A DNA stretch of 64,000 nt from Candidatus Peregrinibacteria bacterium. GTDB taxonomy: Bacteria; Patescibacteriota; Gracilibacteria; Peribacterales; Peribacteraceae. Shown piece after piece: positions 63,100-64,000 of this stretch. Where the stretch lies: contig JACPMB010000015.1 in the NCBI GenBank assembly GCA_016186175.1, forward strand, positions 1,116 to 65,115, in the 5' to 3' direction. Position 1 is the stretch's first letter. Each line of letters begins with the position of its first letter. The translations under genes were made by a program, and so were the position numbers. The notes under the pieces were generated by a model. The model was not told the DNA's origin and did not search any database. It saw only the letters and a program-made list of their open reading frames with translations.

Positions 63100-64000
63100 T
63101 TACTGAGCAATAAATAGATACTCTTTCACAGAATTGGCATTATTACCGATCTTATGATTTTGATTGCCAAATGAATACTTGTGATCAAATTCTTCCACTT
63201 TAACACACCTTTTATGCCTCTTTAACAATTCAATCATTTCCTCTTTGGTGGGTATGGAATTTGAGGAGTATGAAACTGCTAAAATACTATCATGAAACTT
63301 GGCAAACAGATCATCGAATGCCTTATAAACTGTCTGCCTCGAGTCAAATCGGGTCACTTGTTTCTTTATCTTCTTCGTCTTTGTAGAAAAATCTATTTCA
63401 GCAGAACGCCAATAGGAACATAGGCCTTCTACAAAATGATAGCGCCGCAAATAATCATTATCAGATCTTAATGAAAAATATGGCGGGTCTATATAAACAA
63501 GATCGCAATCATTTTTTTGCAAATCAAAGATATCACCAAAAAACGTTTGGTGTTTCTGGCCGTTGTCAAACACAGCCTCATTAAACTCACTAACGGCATT
63601 CATAAAATGCTCCTCAATGGATAGACGAAGATCCTTCCTGCCATCGTCATATCTGCTCCCCGTATAGGTAAAAATTCCCCTAGGTCGTTTTTTTATACAT
63701 GCCTTACATAAAGCCGCAATAGCAATGGACTTTTTATATTTGCTGTCCAGTAATGAGATTTTATGCATGATCTTTTCCAAAAAATGGTATTCCTCTTCTT
63801 CAAAATATAATCCCTCAAATGTTGTTCTTATGAAACCGTCTGTTTTCGCCGGAGTGGAAAGAAGCAGCTCTAGTTCCTCATCTCCAATAATTTCATGACT
63901 GTTTTCTACGGTGGCAGAAGCAATGCAAGCTGAATATCTGAGTACATCATTAGTAGATACGCTCTTGCCTTTAGTTTTGAACATGTAACCAACACAACCA
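63100..64000 (-). CDS. N6-adenine DNA methyltransferase (Dam-like, D12 class); ORF open to the window edge
   Basis: ..CDLVYIDPPYFSLRSDNDYLRRYHF.. (motif IV DPPY). No stop lies between ATG 63984 and position 64000, so the FxGxG motif I probably sits beyond the window. Confidence 0.75.
   Translation of the reverse strand, partial: GCVGYMFKTKGKSVSTNDVLRYSACIASATVENSHEIIGDEELELLLSTPAKTDGFIRTTFEGLYFEEEEYHFLEKIMHKISLLDSKYKKSIAIAALCKACIKKRPRGIFTYTGSRYDDGRKDLRLSIEEHFMNAVSEFNEAVFDNGQKHQTFFGDIFDLQKNDCDLVYIDPPYFSLRSDNDYLRRYHFVEGLCSYWRSAEIDFSTKTKKIKKQVTRFDSRQTVYKAFDDLFAKFHDSILAVSYSSNSIPTKEEMIELLKRHKRCVKVEEFDHKYSFGNQNHKIGNNANSVKEYLFIAQ

Overview
This is a bacterial chromosome segment, about 55% GC by eye. 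It uses the standard genetic code: TGA closes many well-delimited genes. The gene content suggests a Candidate Phyla Radiation (Patescibacteria-type) genome: four CPR-type T4SS-pilin paralogs, a PrgI-family protein, a TraD/VirD4-like ATPase, many small membrane proteins and tightly overlapping operons. Peregrinibacteria-like is only a guess.

Housekeeping genes are metG (partial), tatD, ruvB, rplK, rplA, dus, a clpC-like gene, rpsA, proB-proC-proA, mgtE, trpS and an RluA-family synthase. There are five tRNAs: Gly-CCC, Gly-GCC, Arg-CCG, Lys-TTT and Gly-TCC.

A co-directional isoprenoid block covers 40458-47951. It holds idi, uppS, mevalonate kinase, a frameshifted diphosphomevalonate decarboxylase, a class-I-like HMG-CoA reductase, and an archaeal-type HMG-CoA synthase plus thiolase. 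It ends in a DUF35::guanylate-kinase-like fusion, which I flag as a candidate for the kinase step missing from the cluster.

The most unusual features are:
- Three tandem paralogs (51457-57248) of a ~555-aa, ~7% Cys protein family with mirrored zinc-ribbon termini that I cannot assign to any named family.
- A dispersed hairpin family with an invariant 11-nt loop (GAGCGNAGCGA) and covarying stems, clustered around a GIY-YIG gene lying between two of those paralogs.
- A 168-bp MITE-like palindromic element in two 98%-identical inverted copies.
- Three accessory segments lying on the 3' side of tRNA genes: a Fic segment, a cassette bounded by 45-bp direct repeats at tRNA-Lys, and an NYN cassette.
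- An uncharacterised three-gene operon with a papain-like Cys/His signature.
- A RelE-type toxin-antitoxin pair.
- An AT-rich type II restriction-modification island at the right edge that appears to truncate a methyltransferase gene.

I found no rRNA, CRISPR array, transposase or integrase. All functional calls rest on motif and sequence recognition by eye. No database search was run.
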